From Rubripirellula sp. (GTDB lineage: Bacteria > Planctomycetota > Planctomycetia > Pirellulales > Pirellulaceae), in the NCBI GenBank assembly GCA_965216875.1, contig OZ244207.1:4000001-4064000 (forward strand): DNA of 64,000 nucleotides. Direction: 5' to 3'. Shown here piece after piece: positions 38,283-49,000 of the stretch. How positions within the stretch are numbered: position 1 is the stretch's first letter; every line of letters starts with the position of its first letter. The position numbers were made by a program, and so were the translations under genes. The notes beneath the pieces were generated by a model that was not told the DNA's origin, did no database searches, and worked only from the letters and a program-made list of their open reading frames with translations.

Positions 38283-39647
38283 TCACGCGATCGAAACGAC
38301 GGGTGGTTCTTTTTGCAAGGCATCCAGCGCGACCGGCAGGTACTCGGGGCTATCTTGAAGCAGCTGTTCCATGTGTGCCCGGGGATCATCGACCCAACGC
38401 GTGAACGCTTTGGCAAACAACTCAACGAATTCGTAATCACAGGCTTGCAGCGCGCGCAACAGATTGCGGTTGGCCAACTTGAGCGTCGCCTCAGGAACCG
38501 TTTCGAGTGTGCTGAGCGCGTAGACGCCAGCGAAGACGACATGACGTGCCGGACTTTCAAGCAGATGCGTGGCAACCTCAAGGGTGATGTCGTCCAGCTT
38601 TCCAAGTCGAGTCACCGTGCACATGGCCTTGGCACGGACTTCGTCATCACGGTGGTCCGACGATAGCTTGAGCTCTGCGACAATCGCTTCGCTTGCCACT
38701 TCTGGACATTGGCCTGACATTCTTTCAACCGCTTCGATCGCGTTCAACCGGATCGCTCGATTGGGTGATCGCAGTTTCTCGAGCACCAACGTCTCGTGCC
38801 GGTCGCTCAGTTTTGAACTCGATGACACGTGACGAAGGGCAATGACCTGCGAAGAAACGAACGGACTCGCAGCGAGCTCCCACCACTGAGGTTCCGACTG
38901 GTTGCACAGGCTCTGCTTCTTCGCCGGCTGGTAAAACGAGTCGTTGGTTTTGAGCAAGTATTTCAGCGAGCCTTGCATTGGTCGTTTCAGTTCGCCAAGC
39001 AGGTCGCTCGCCCAGTCCGGTTTGTTCGCTTCACGTGTCCATCCAGCAAGGGCGACTGCGTATGCCAGGCTCTGCGTATCGAGGAAGGGACGTGGCGCAA
39101 TGTTCCACTGGGTCGAGTCCCAAAACGTTGCAGCTTTTCCGACCAGCAAGACGCTGCTGCGCGGCATCCCCAATCCCGTCGCGATCACTGCCAGCTCGAC
39201 GACTTCGGGCAAGCGTGCTTCGGCGAGATCATTTTGGTGCAGCATGTCCTCGACAACGCCATGGATGAGTGTTGCCATCCCGAGCGCTGGCTCGCTGTCC
39301 AATTCTTCCGTCAATCGGATCGATCGTGTGCTTGGATCATATTGTCCCAACAGACCGCTGGGACCTTCGCATGAGCCGCCGCCTCATCCACCGCCGCCAC
39401 AACTGGCAGCTTTGGGTGAATGAACGACTTCGAATTGGACGCCCGAAGTGTCGTGGCGAAGATGGTCACCCAGGAAGCGAATGATGTCTGCCGGCGATTT
39501 TGAATCGACCCTCTCGACCAGCGACGAGAGACGCAAGATCGGCAGCTTCATACGTTCGAGCCCAATGCATTCGGCGATCTGCTGGAAATGGAACTCAATT
39601 CGCGCCTTCTCGGAGTCTGGCAAATTCGGCTTCGGCTTAAAAAACAC
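38283..39647 (-). CDS. Candidate selenoprotein: CGGGG-U-GGGSC motif protein with C-terminal HEAT-like repeats (ORF track splits it in two)
   Basis: ORFs 39384-39704 and 38283-39350 are in the same frame, separated only by TGA at 39384-39386. GTG start preceded by AGGAAG; SECIS-like hairpin downstream. Confidence 0.7.
39337..39374 (-). promoter_or_regulatory. Candidate bacterial SECIS element
   Basis: Upper stem GTCCCAGC/GTTGGGAC with loop GGTCT, lower stem TCATG/TATGA; loop 27 nt after UGA. Confidence 0.55.
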
Positions 39648-39973
39648 AGCTATCTTCCTGCAAATTGGGGCCCGGACGATTGCGGCCGGAGAATTAGGGA
39701 ACAATTGGGGCCTGCTGGCGTGACGGTACAGGATGTTGCTCGTGAAAGCACTCCCGATTCTTGGTGCGGCAGCCCTTGGCTATTCGCTCGGGACTGCGGG
39801 ACTCGAATGCTTGTATTTGCAGGATCCTGTCCGCAGGCAGCAACCCTGATTCATTTCCGCTTGGGTGCGAGAAGCGACCGGGGCGGACAAGCATCCATCC
39901 GCGACGCTGGATAGGCTGCAAGGGCTGATATGATATCTGTCTTTGCCGTTACCACATTTGAAGGTCGACGCCT

Positions 39974-42025
39974 GTGCTCGCGTCTTTGAATCTGATTGTC
40001 GGTTCTCTGGTTGCCGCTGGCGTGTTGTCAGGCGTTCTTTTTTGGTGGTTCAAGCGAGACTGGTTTGCTGGATTGGGAGTCGCTGCTGCATCCGGCGCCC
40101 TTGCCGGGCTCATCACGCTTACATGGCCCGACCCTGGCCCTCTGGACGTAGAAGGCCAGCGGGAGGCGGCGCACCTGGATACTCGCAATCTCAGAGCGAA
40201 ACCGAACCAGTCCGACTTGGCTGACCAAAGGGCCGACCAAGAACGTCAACGGCGGTTGATGTTGGCGAGCGTCGAGACGTACGCCCCCTACCGGCCAGCC
40301 GAAAAACCGAGCGCGGGATACGTTGCATCGGATGCGTGTCGGGAGTGTCACAAAGAGAACTACGAGACCTGGCACGATTCTTATCATCGCACAATGACAC
40401 AAGTCGCCACTCCCGATGCGGTCTATGCGAACTTCGACAATCACGAAATCACGCTCCGAGGACGTCACTACCGATTGACGCGCAACGGCGAAGTATGTCA
40501 GGCGGAGATGTTTGACCCCGATTATCCGCCCTCGCCTCAAACGCGAATGAAAGTCCCACTTGTGATGGTCACTGGCTCTCACCACATGCAAGTTTTTTGG
40601 TATCCGGGCTTCGCACCGCGGACTCTCGGTCAATTGCCCATCGTTTACCTGAAAGAAACCCAGCAATGGATTCCGCGTCGTGCTGCGTTCTTGGTGCCAC
40701 CGGACGAGCCGGTTTCGAGTGAGCTTGGGCGTTGGAACGAAGGTTGTTCCAATTGCCATTCAACTCATCGACGCGAGCGTTGGCGCGAGCCCGGCACCTG
40801 GGATACCGAAGTTACAGAGCTTGGCATTTCCTGCGAAGCTTGCCACGGTCCAGGCGAAGAGCACATCGCTCTCCATCGGGCACAGGCGTCAGACATTCGT
40901 AATGACCCAATTATCAACCCAGCTAGTCTTTCACACGTAGCCTCTTCACACACCTGTGGACAATGTCATGGCAAAACATCTCTCAAGACAAGCGGCAGTC
41001 ACCTGAACGAGTCTGGGCACGACTTCCGCCCCGGTGACGACCTGAACGACACGCATCATATTTGGGAGCGTGACAGCAAGGTCGTGCGTGACTTTGTTGC
41101 GTCGATGAATTTTAAAGAGGGAGCCGACGCGGCGCTGCGGCGCGTTTATTGGGACGACGGCAACATACGAGTATCGGGCCGAGAGTTTAACGGCATGGCC
41201 CATTCGGCTTGCTTCCAACGAGGGGAGATTTCATGTCTATCCTGCCACCAAATGCATCAATCTGAATCCGACCAACGCGATCGAATGGAGTGGGCCAACG
41301 ACCAGCTTTCGGTAACCGGTTTGGATGACCATGCTTGCACACAGTGCCACAAAGCAAGCGACTACGGCGAATCGCACACTCACCATGCCGCAGCTTCAGC
41401 TGGCTCACGTTGCTACAACTGCCACATGCCTCATACGAGTTATGGGCTCATCAAAGCGATGCGCAGCCACACGATCACCAGCCCCATCCTGGCAAAAGAC
41501 TTGAAAGTAAAACGCCCCAACGCGTGTAACCTCTGTCACTTGGACCAAACACTACAGTGGACGTCAAACCAGTTATCGAAGTGGTACGGCATCGAAGAGG
41601 TAGCGGATCTTTCCGATGAGCAAAAGACGGTCGCAGCGTCAGTGATTGGACTGCTCAAAGGCGATGCTGGTGAGCGAGCACTTTGGGTTTGTTCGATGGG
41701 TTGGCAACCAGCGCAACAAGCCTCAGGCAACGATTGGATGGCGCCATTCCTAGCCCGACTGATGGTTGACCCCTATCCCGCAGTACGCTTGATGGCGCGT
41801 CGATCTTTACGAACCTTGCCGGGATTGCATGATCTTCAATTCAACGCCGTCGCACCGGAACCAGAACGAGAAAACGTCCTGGCAAGGACGCTCGCGGGTT
41901 GGAGCCACGAAGCTGTCAAAGACAAACGCCCCGCGATCCTGATTGAAGACACCGGACTACAGACCGACCGGATTGAGGCAATGATGAAGCAGCGGGATGA
42001 CACCCGAATCAATCTGCTTGAGTGA
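39974..42025 (+). CDS. Membrane-anchored multiheme (8x CxxCH) cytochrome c with C-terminal HEAT-like region
   Basis: CRECH, CSNCH, CEACH, CGQCH, CLSCH, CTQCH, CYNCH, CNLCH; two N-terminal TMs. Confidence 0.88.
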   Translation: MLASLNLIVGSLVAAGVLSGVLFWWFKRDWFAGLGVAAASGALAGLITLTWPDPGPLDVEGQREAAHLDTRNLRAKPNQSDLADQRADQERQRRLMLASVETYAPYRPAEKPSAGYVASDACRECHKENYETWHDSYHRTMTQVATPDAVYANFDNHEITLRGRHYRLTRNGEVCQAEMFDPDYPPSPQTRMKVPLVMVTGSHHMQVFWYPGFAPRTLGQLPIVYLKETQQWIPRRAAFLVPPDEPVSSELGRWNEGCSNCHSTHRRERWREPGTWDTEVTELGISCEACHGPGEEHIALHRAQASDIRNDPIINPASLSHVASSHTCGQCHGKTSLKTSGSHLNESGHDFRPGDDLNDTHHIWERDSKVVRDFVASMNFKEGADAALRRVYWDDGNIRVSGREFNGMAHSACFQRGEISCLSCHQMHQSESDQRDRMEWANDQLSVTGLDDHACTQCHKASDYGESHTHHAAASAGSRCYNCHMPHTSYGLIKAMRSHTITSPILAKDLKVKRPNACNLCHLDQTLQWTSNQLSKWYGIEEVADLSDEQKTVAASVIGLLKGDAGERALWVCSMGWQPAQQASGNDWMAPFLARLMVDPYPAVRLMARRSLRTLPGLHDLQFNAVAPEPERENVLARTLAGWSHEAVKDKRPAILIEDTGLQTDRIEAMMKQRDDTRINLLE

Positions 42026-42059
42026 TTGGGAGATTTCACGCAACAACCGTGAGCATCCA

Positions 42060-42794
42060 TTACCGGGCGGGTAGACTGCGGATATCGGCGAATTCGCCGC
42101 TCGCAACCAGCCCGGTCAGGCGTTCGATCGCCTCCAAGATCTGCCTGCCCGCGGTGGCGGGATTCGGCATGGCATCGGTGCCGCTGGCTTGTTTGAGCTT
42201 GGCGACGCTGGGAAAAAGTGGGCTCTCGGGCATTGCGCGGATTTGATCCTGCATCCCCGTGTCGATCAAACCGGGAGCCAATGCGCTGAAATGAATCTCT
42301 TCATGCTCCTTGGCGTAGAGTTTCACGAGCATGTTGAGCGCAGCCTTGGAAAGTGAGTAGCCGCCCCAACCACGACTGCCGTTGACCGAGGCCCCCGAGG
42401 AGATGGCGACGACTTGGGCAATTCGCAGGTCGCGGCCAAGCAACAGGTCGAGCAAGACCTTGTTGGCCCAGACGTTCACCTCCATCACGCCCTTCATCAT
42501 CTCGAGCGATTGATCAGGCATGTCGGCGATCTTTCCCAGGATGCCGGCATTGAGGATGACGCAATCGAGTTGATCGCTGTCGCCAAGCAGATTGCCTAGT
42601 GCTGCGTCGCAGGCATCGGCATCGGTCACATCGGCCTTTGAGAAACGAAACCGAGGATGTTCGACGAGATCCGTAGCCGAGCTTCGACCGAGCCCAAGAA
42701 CCGTGTCCCCTCGTTCCAGACAGGCAAGAGCAAGCCCATAACCGAGCCCACGGCTAACACCTGTGATCAAGTATGTCTTATTGTTTGTTGACAT
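42060..42794 (-). CDS. Short-chain dehydrogenase/reductase
   Basis: ITGVSRGLG, NAG, YSLSK, PG..DT.MQ. Confidence 0.88.
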   Translation of the reverse strand: MSTNNKTYLITGVSRGLGYGLALACLERGDTVLGLGRSSATDLVEHPRFRFSKADVTDADACDAALGNLLGDSDQLDCVILNAGILGKIADMPDQSLEMMKGVMEVNVWANKVLLDLLLGRDLRIAQVVAISSGASVNGSRGWGGYSLSKAALNMLVKLYAKEHEEIHFSALAPGLIDTGMQDQIRAMPESPLFPSVAKLKQASGTDAMPNPATAGRQILEAIERLTGLVASGEFADIRSLPAR

Positions 42795-42834
42795 CGCAAA
42801 GTTCACTCACGCTCCTAGGCTGTGATGTTTTGAA

Positions 42835-42898
42835 TGTCGCCTTTCGCTCCGCGAATGTAGCATCCGCAAACGCAACTTTTGCGGAGCAAAAGGCGACG
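42835..42898. repeat. Inverted-repeat REP pair (TGTCGCCTTTCGCTCCGC..GCGGAGCAAAAGGCGAC)
   Basis: Long imperfect palindrome in the intergenic gap. Confidence 0.6.
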
Positions 42899-42923
42899 AT
42901 ATTGAAGCTCGGCCAACAAAAAA

Positions 42924-45573
42924 TCACTGCCTCTCCCAGACTGCAGGCAGGTTCTTCGATTCCTCTCCGTAGGTTTGCGAGACGATGAATCCGCTGGCTT
43001 GTGACATGTAAAAGATACGTCCGTTGGAAACGACGGCTCCGAGACATTCGCGTGAGTCGATGGCCGGACCGGTCGAAACAAGCTCACCATCCTTCGACAG
43101 GTCGATCATGTCCATGTTCGCGCCCAGGACGTAGGGCTCGGAGAGTGTAAAGCGGCAGCAAGCATAGTTGTGACCGATCGTGGCAATCACTTTCCCCGTA
43201 TCGCGATCGAAAACGTTGCCCACACCGCGGAGCGCATTGGAAAAGAGAAAGTTGTCACCGACCGACACCACATTGAGCGCGGAAGTCACCGGGTCGGACT
43301 GCCAAACAAGCGATCCATCCGTTGCATCGAGGCACCAAACGAAACGATCATTCGCTCCTTGCCGCGCCGCTGCGAATCCGCCGAGATACAGGCGACCATC
43401 GCGGGCACTGAGGGTGCACTTGGACGTGACGTGATACTTGGTGGTTGACCAGATGACGCGTCCCGAGGTGGGATCCATGCAGGCGGTCAGACCGTTGTTT
43501 TCGACCGGGAGACCGCGTCGCCGCTTTTGCTCGGTGTCGTAACCGAAGTAAACCGAGTAGTAGAGTTTTCCATCGAGCATGCAAATGCCGCAATCGTTTC
43601 CACCACGACCATACTCTGAGAAGTCCTTGTGCCAGAGCACCTCGCCAGTGTCGAGGTCCCACGCCCAAACTTGAGGCTTGTGGTCCTTGGGCGTGTAGGG
43701 CGTCGCGTTGGCAAAGATCCAACTCATGACTTCGCGGTCTTCTTCCGTCGGCTTCGGTTCGCCTTTGAAGACGAACGCCTTCTCTGAACCTTGAACGGCG
43801 TATTCACCAGAACCCGATGCGTAGATGGCAACGTTGCCGTGAACGACGGGAGGAAACTGACGACTCCAACCGGGTGAACCGGTAAACGGTGCTTCCCAAA
43901 GCAGACGCCCATTCTTGGCGTCGAGGCAGCGAACACGCGACTGACGAATGCCACCTTGGGGAATCAGCAGCTTTTCCTCGTGGTACAAGGGCGAGGTAAA
44001 CGAGAGATAGACGTGCGGCCAATGTCGACGCCAAAGTAGACGCCCTGTGTCCTGTTCCACCGCCATCACCTGGCCTTCGGCTGTGTGTAAGTACATTCTG
44101 CCGCCACCACAAACGGGCAAGTGCTTGACGGTGCCTTCGAGTCGCCTTGCCCAGCGCATGCGAAGCGGCGGTTTCAATTTCTGATCGTTGGCATTGGTTC
44201 CTTGAAAGTCACCGTAGTTCGAATACCAATTGAACGCTTCCCCAGCCATCGGCCCGGTCATCGGACTGCGGATTTCGGTCACCTTGAGATCTTTCTCGGG
44301 AAGCGATGCTCTTCCGTTGGGCCCAAAGATGTAAAGATAACCATCCTCGCATGCCGCGTAGACTCGTTCGTTGGCAACCGCGAGGGGCGCGGTGATCGGA
44401 GCGCTGCCTGCAGTCGCGAATGATCGCTTCGGTCCGCCATCGAGGGAGACAACGTGCAGTCTTCCATCCAAACCGCCATAGACCGCATGCTCGCTGGTGA
44501 CGATCGGCGGACTGATCGAAGGTGCCTCACAAAGCACATCGGTTTGATCGTTATTCAATGAGTGCCGGCAGAGCCCAAAGCCATGTTCAGGGCGCGTACG
44601 ATAAACCGCGTCATCGCCGACGGCGACGCTGGCAAACCCAAGCAGACCAGGAAGGTTGATCGCAGTCTCGGTGCCGCCAACGTGCCCCGCGATCACCTCA
44701 TCGCCATCGAGCCGCATCGTCTCGACACGGCCCGCGTTGTCGCGCCGGTGCCACTGGACGTAAACGTTGCCCGCTCCGTCCGCGCTCTGCCCGAACGTTG
44801 CGGGGTACTCACGTCCAGCGTATTGGGGCACTTCGCCAACGGCGCGCAACTTCGGTCCCTGTTCGGTGTCTTCAACAAACACAGTCCTGCCACCAGCGGG
44901 CATGACCACCGTGTTGCCAACCAAACTGATGTCGCGCGAACAAACGAAGTGATCCTTCCAGTTGACTCGCTCGCCACGAAACTTGACCCAATCGGCACCG
45001 AGCCACCGATCGCCTTTGAAACCAATGACCTCTTCGACAAAGTCCCAGGTCCAACTCTGTTTACCATCCGGTTCCACGGCGTAGATGCGAGCACCAAGCG
45101 TGGCAAAGAAGACCCGTCGATCGCCGACAGCGGGTGCAGAAAAGATCGGCTCGCCGCAATCGATTTCAGCCACGACGTTTCCGGTCGCGACGTCGAAGAC
45201 GTAGTAGTAACCAGCCGTTGTTCCGACATGCAGATAGTTGCCAACCACCGCGGGAGTCGACACGTTGTTGCAGTTGCCCTTGCCGCCGCGGGTGGCATAT
45301 GTCCAAAACACTTCGTGTGACGTTTCATCGATCGCGGTCACCACCCCCGACCCATCGACCACGAACACCCGCCCCTCCGCGATCACCGGCGCAGCAAAGA
45401 TTGCATCGGTGGTCGGAACAGCGGCAAGCAGGCCGAGATCATCAGCGACCACCATCTCACGAGCGTCCCCCGAACGCATCGCGTTTCCTTGAAGCTGCTC
45501 CCACTGAGCCGCCGCATTCGAGGCGATCATCAATACGATCGCGTCTACGAAAAGAGGTCTCATGTTTTTCATG
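42924..45573 (-). CDS. Tandem PQQ-like beta-propeller protein (secreted)
   Basis: Signal peptide then W.Q..GN..RSG; multiple SxP and G...W blades in two propellers. True start likely MKNM; the ORF's upstream extension looks non-coding. Confidence 0.75.
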
Positions 45574-46079
45574 ATTTTGATCACCATGCAGTCCAGTCGG
45601 ATGCTCGTGGAGATTGTGGATCCCTGTTCAACACCTGACCTGAACGGAGACGCGTTCGATTCTAGCAAAGCCCTCGAGCCCCAACTTGTCCGCCGGCACG
45701 CGAGGCGATTTTCAATCACCATGCCGCTACCAGCAGAATGACCGGAAAGTGCAGGGCATAAGCGAAGCTTGTAACGAGGCGTCAACAAACGGAACAAAGT
45801 TTCAGTGGCCGATGGACTGTTTCTGTGTTTTTGCACGCAATCGCAGCCCAGAGACGTTACTTGGGAACGACGATGAGGTAGCGTGGGCGTTGGGGCGTTC
45901 CGATGACGCGGATCGAGAGCATGTGATCGAACGTTGTGGCCGCCCAATGCAAATGTCTTCATTCGAGAGACCGCTGTTGTTTTGTGTTCGATCGAAAAGA
46001 ACAGCCGTGTCCCACTCGCTTTGCGATTACACCGTAACGAAACGACTGTGCAGACTTTTTGGCATCTTGGGGTCATCCT

Positions 46080-49000
46080 ATGTTTGGAAGAGATGAAATC
46101 CGGAAACGATCCTCGCGTACAAGTCGATCTTCTCGCTCGCGACAGCAACGACGACAGTATCGACGCATGCAGCTTGGGATTGAGATTCTGGAGTCTCGAC
46201 GCATGCTAGCTTGGTCATTCGATGGATTCGAACAGAACATCGGCCAGCACTCGGAAGGGGATTTCCTGTTCTATGGTGATGGCCATCGCACCTCGATCGA
46301 CAATGGAACACTGACATCCGTTTCGAATGCTGGGTCGAGCTCTCCACTGGTGATCACCTTGCTCGATGCCGATCCGAATGCGGAGGCAACAGGAGTTGAT
46401 GAACGCGATTTCATCACCAACTACTACTTCGGCAACAATTCAAGTCAATGGTATGAACGTGTGCCTTGGCACCGTGCGGTGCGTTACGACGACATCTTGA
46501 GCGGAGTGGACCAGTGGATTCACAAATCGAATTCTGGCCGTGCGGAATACACGTTCGTGGTAGCTGCAGGAAGTGACCCCGATTCGATCCAACTGGAGAT
46601 CGCGGGCGCAGATAGCTTGGCGCTTGATACGAACGGGAATCTCGTTGCGACTCAAGGCGCCCATACTTTCGTGCAGGAGGCTCCGATCGCGTTTCAGTTG
46701 GATGACGAAGGAAATCAACTGTCTGTCTCTGCGCAGTTTGTATTGACCGGTGATTTCACGTTCGCATTTGACATCGGCGTGTATGATGTGAACCGCGATC
46801 TGACCATCGACCCAACCTTCTTCTGGGCCTCGACACGAGGCGGTGGTACCTCGAGTGATTCCATCGAAGCAATGACAGCCGATCTGGTCGGCCATACGTG
46901 GTCGACCGGCACGACACGATCAGTGAAAGTCCCCATTTCCGTGGGCGACTCAAGTCCTGCGGCAAGCACAGAAGTGTTCGTGGTCAAACGGGATCCGTTT
47001 GGAACCGATCTTGGCGCAACGTTCGTCGGTGGCTCCAACGCAGAAAGCGGATCGGGGATTGTTCGTGACGATGATGGCAATGTCTACGTGACCGGTTGGA
47101 CACAGTCGACGAACTTTCCAACCCGCTCTGCATCACAGACGTCACTCGGTGGACTGACCGATGCATTCCTACTTCGTTTAAACGATGATCTGACAATCGA
47201 CTGGTCAACCTACTGGGGCGGCACAGGTTTCGAGCGAGGAAACGACGTCGCTGTCGATGCCGGAAACAACCTGTTTGTATCGGGCACAACAGGGTCGACG
47301 GACTTCCCACTTGTTGGATCGACCACCGAACCTGCCGGTGGATCTGACGCATTCGTGATGCGTGTGTTGCCCGATGGACAGATCGCGACCTCACGAACGA
47401 TCGGAGGATCCAGCAGTGATTTCGGAAAGGGGATCGCCGTCGCGCCAGATCAATCGGTGGTCTTGGTCGGCGATACGAGTTCGATGAATTACCCCACCAC
47501 TCCGGGCGTTGTGCAACGAGAACATGGTGGGCAAAACGACCTCTATGTCACCATCTTTTCGAATGATCTCGGAGAGGTTTTGCGGTCCACCTATTCTGGC
47601 GATGACGGACACGAAGTCAGCAGCGACGTCGCGATCCAAAGCAGTGGTGTGATTGCAATCGTTGGGACCGACGGAAAGGTCGGGGATTCGAATCCAGTCA
47701 ACGGTGACATGGCTATCTATTTGATCGATTCGACACTCGCGACGCCCGCAACGACAAGGCGGATTGGAGGCTTCGCCCGCGACAATGGCCATGCGATCAC
47801 GGTCGATACCGAGGACAATCTGCATGCCGTCGGAACGGCACAAGCTGGAAGTAACGAGTTCAGTGACGTCAACTGGACGCCGCCTGGCACCAGTGCTGGG
47901 ATCGACGGGATCTATGCGATGCTGGATCCGCAAGGCACGATCCTTACCGCTGGACGCTATGGCGGCATCGGTGACGACGAAGGCAACGCGGTCGCCGTCG
48001 ATTTCTCCGGGCATGTTTACGTTGGCGGCAGCACCGACAGCGAAACATTCCCGCTCGGACAGGGCGATGATTTGCAGGTCGGCGGTGGCGACTTCTACAT
48101 CGCAAATTTCCTGCCCGAGAATCGGGACATGACATGGCAGCAACTGCAACAGCGAGCACTTCTGCGCAAGCAACAGCCCTATGCCCGTTTCAACCCGCCC
48201 CCCAATCCGATCATCGATTTCCCCGCCGTCACGAACCTCGATGAGGCATCGATCTCCTACACCGGACTGATCCCCTTCGAGGATCTGTTTGTCGATGGTC
48301 GGGTCCGGCTTCACGACACGAAGCTTCACTTCGATCTCTTCACCGATTTGGAATCCAACGGAAGCTATCAGCATCGTACATGGGATGAAACCCATGCCGA
48401 TTACAGCAACACCCCCGTCGACCCAGCCGACATTGGTTTGTCCGGAAAAGTGATTGCACGTATCTCGGCCGGACTCACTTCCACCTTCCAAACCTCGTAC
48501 ACGATCGTCGGAAACGGCTACGCGCGATATCAGGGCGCGCCGCCGATGAAGGAAGGGGCGTCGCATCGTACCGCTGGTCTTTTTGATGTTTTCGATTCTG
48601 ACGAAAAGTTCGCGTCGATCTCCGAAGCGTATGTCCGCGTGATCCCCGGAACCGATCAGCTTGAACTGATGTTGCTGATCGACAATGACTTCTACGTGAT
48701 GGCACAGCGCCAAGTCTTTACTCCCGGTGATGTTGCATCGCTCATGGTCGAAAACGTCATCCTGCCACGCATGGACATCGACCCAGCATTGCACCCCGAA
48801 TCAGGCCCCGGAGGATTCAGTTCTCTTCACGTCAGGGATGAGGAAGATGGCCCGGGTCAAGAACTGCACGACTCCGATGTCTTTTTTGTCGGGCTTGATC
48901 TCAACGATGATGGCCAGGCGGACGAGCTTGTCACGACACGACTTGTCAATCCAGGTGAGGGCATCATCACCGTCCGGCACTTCGAGGACATGTACGACGG

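Noticed and set aside
45574..46148. ~190-codon N-terminal extension of the 1074-aa ORF, or a riboswitch in this gap
   Set aside because: Composition is not protein-like, the signal peptide begins at MKNM, and it overlaps the divergent gene; no recognisable riboswitch motif.
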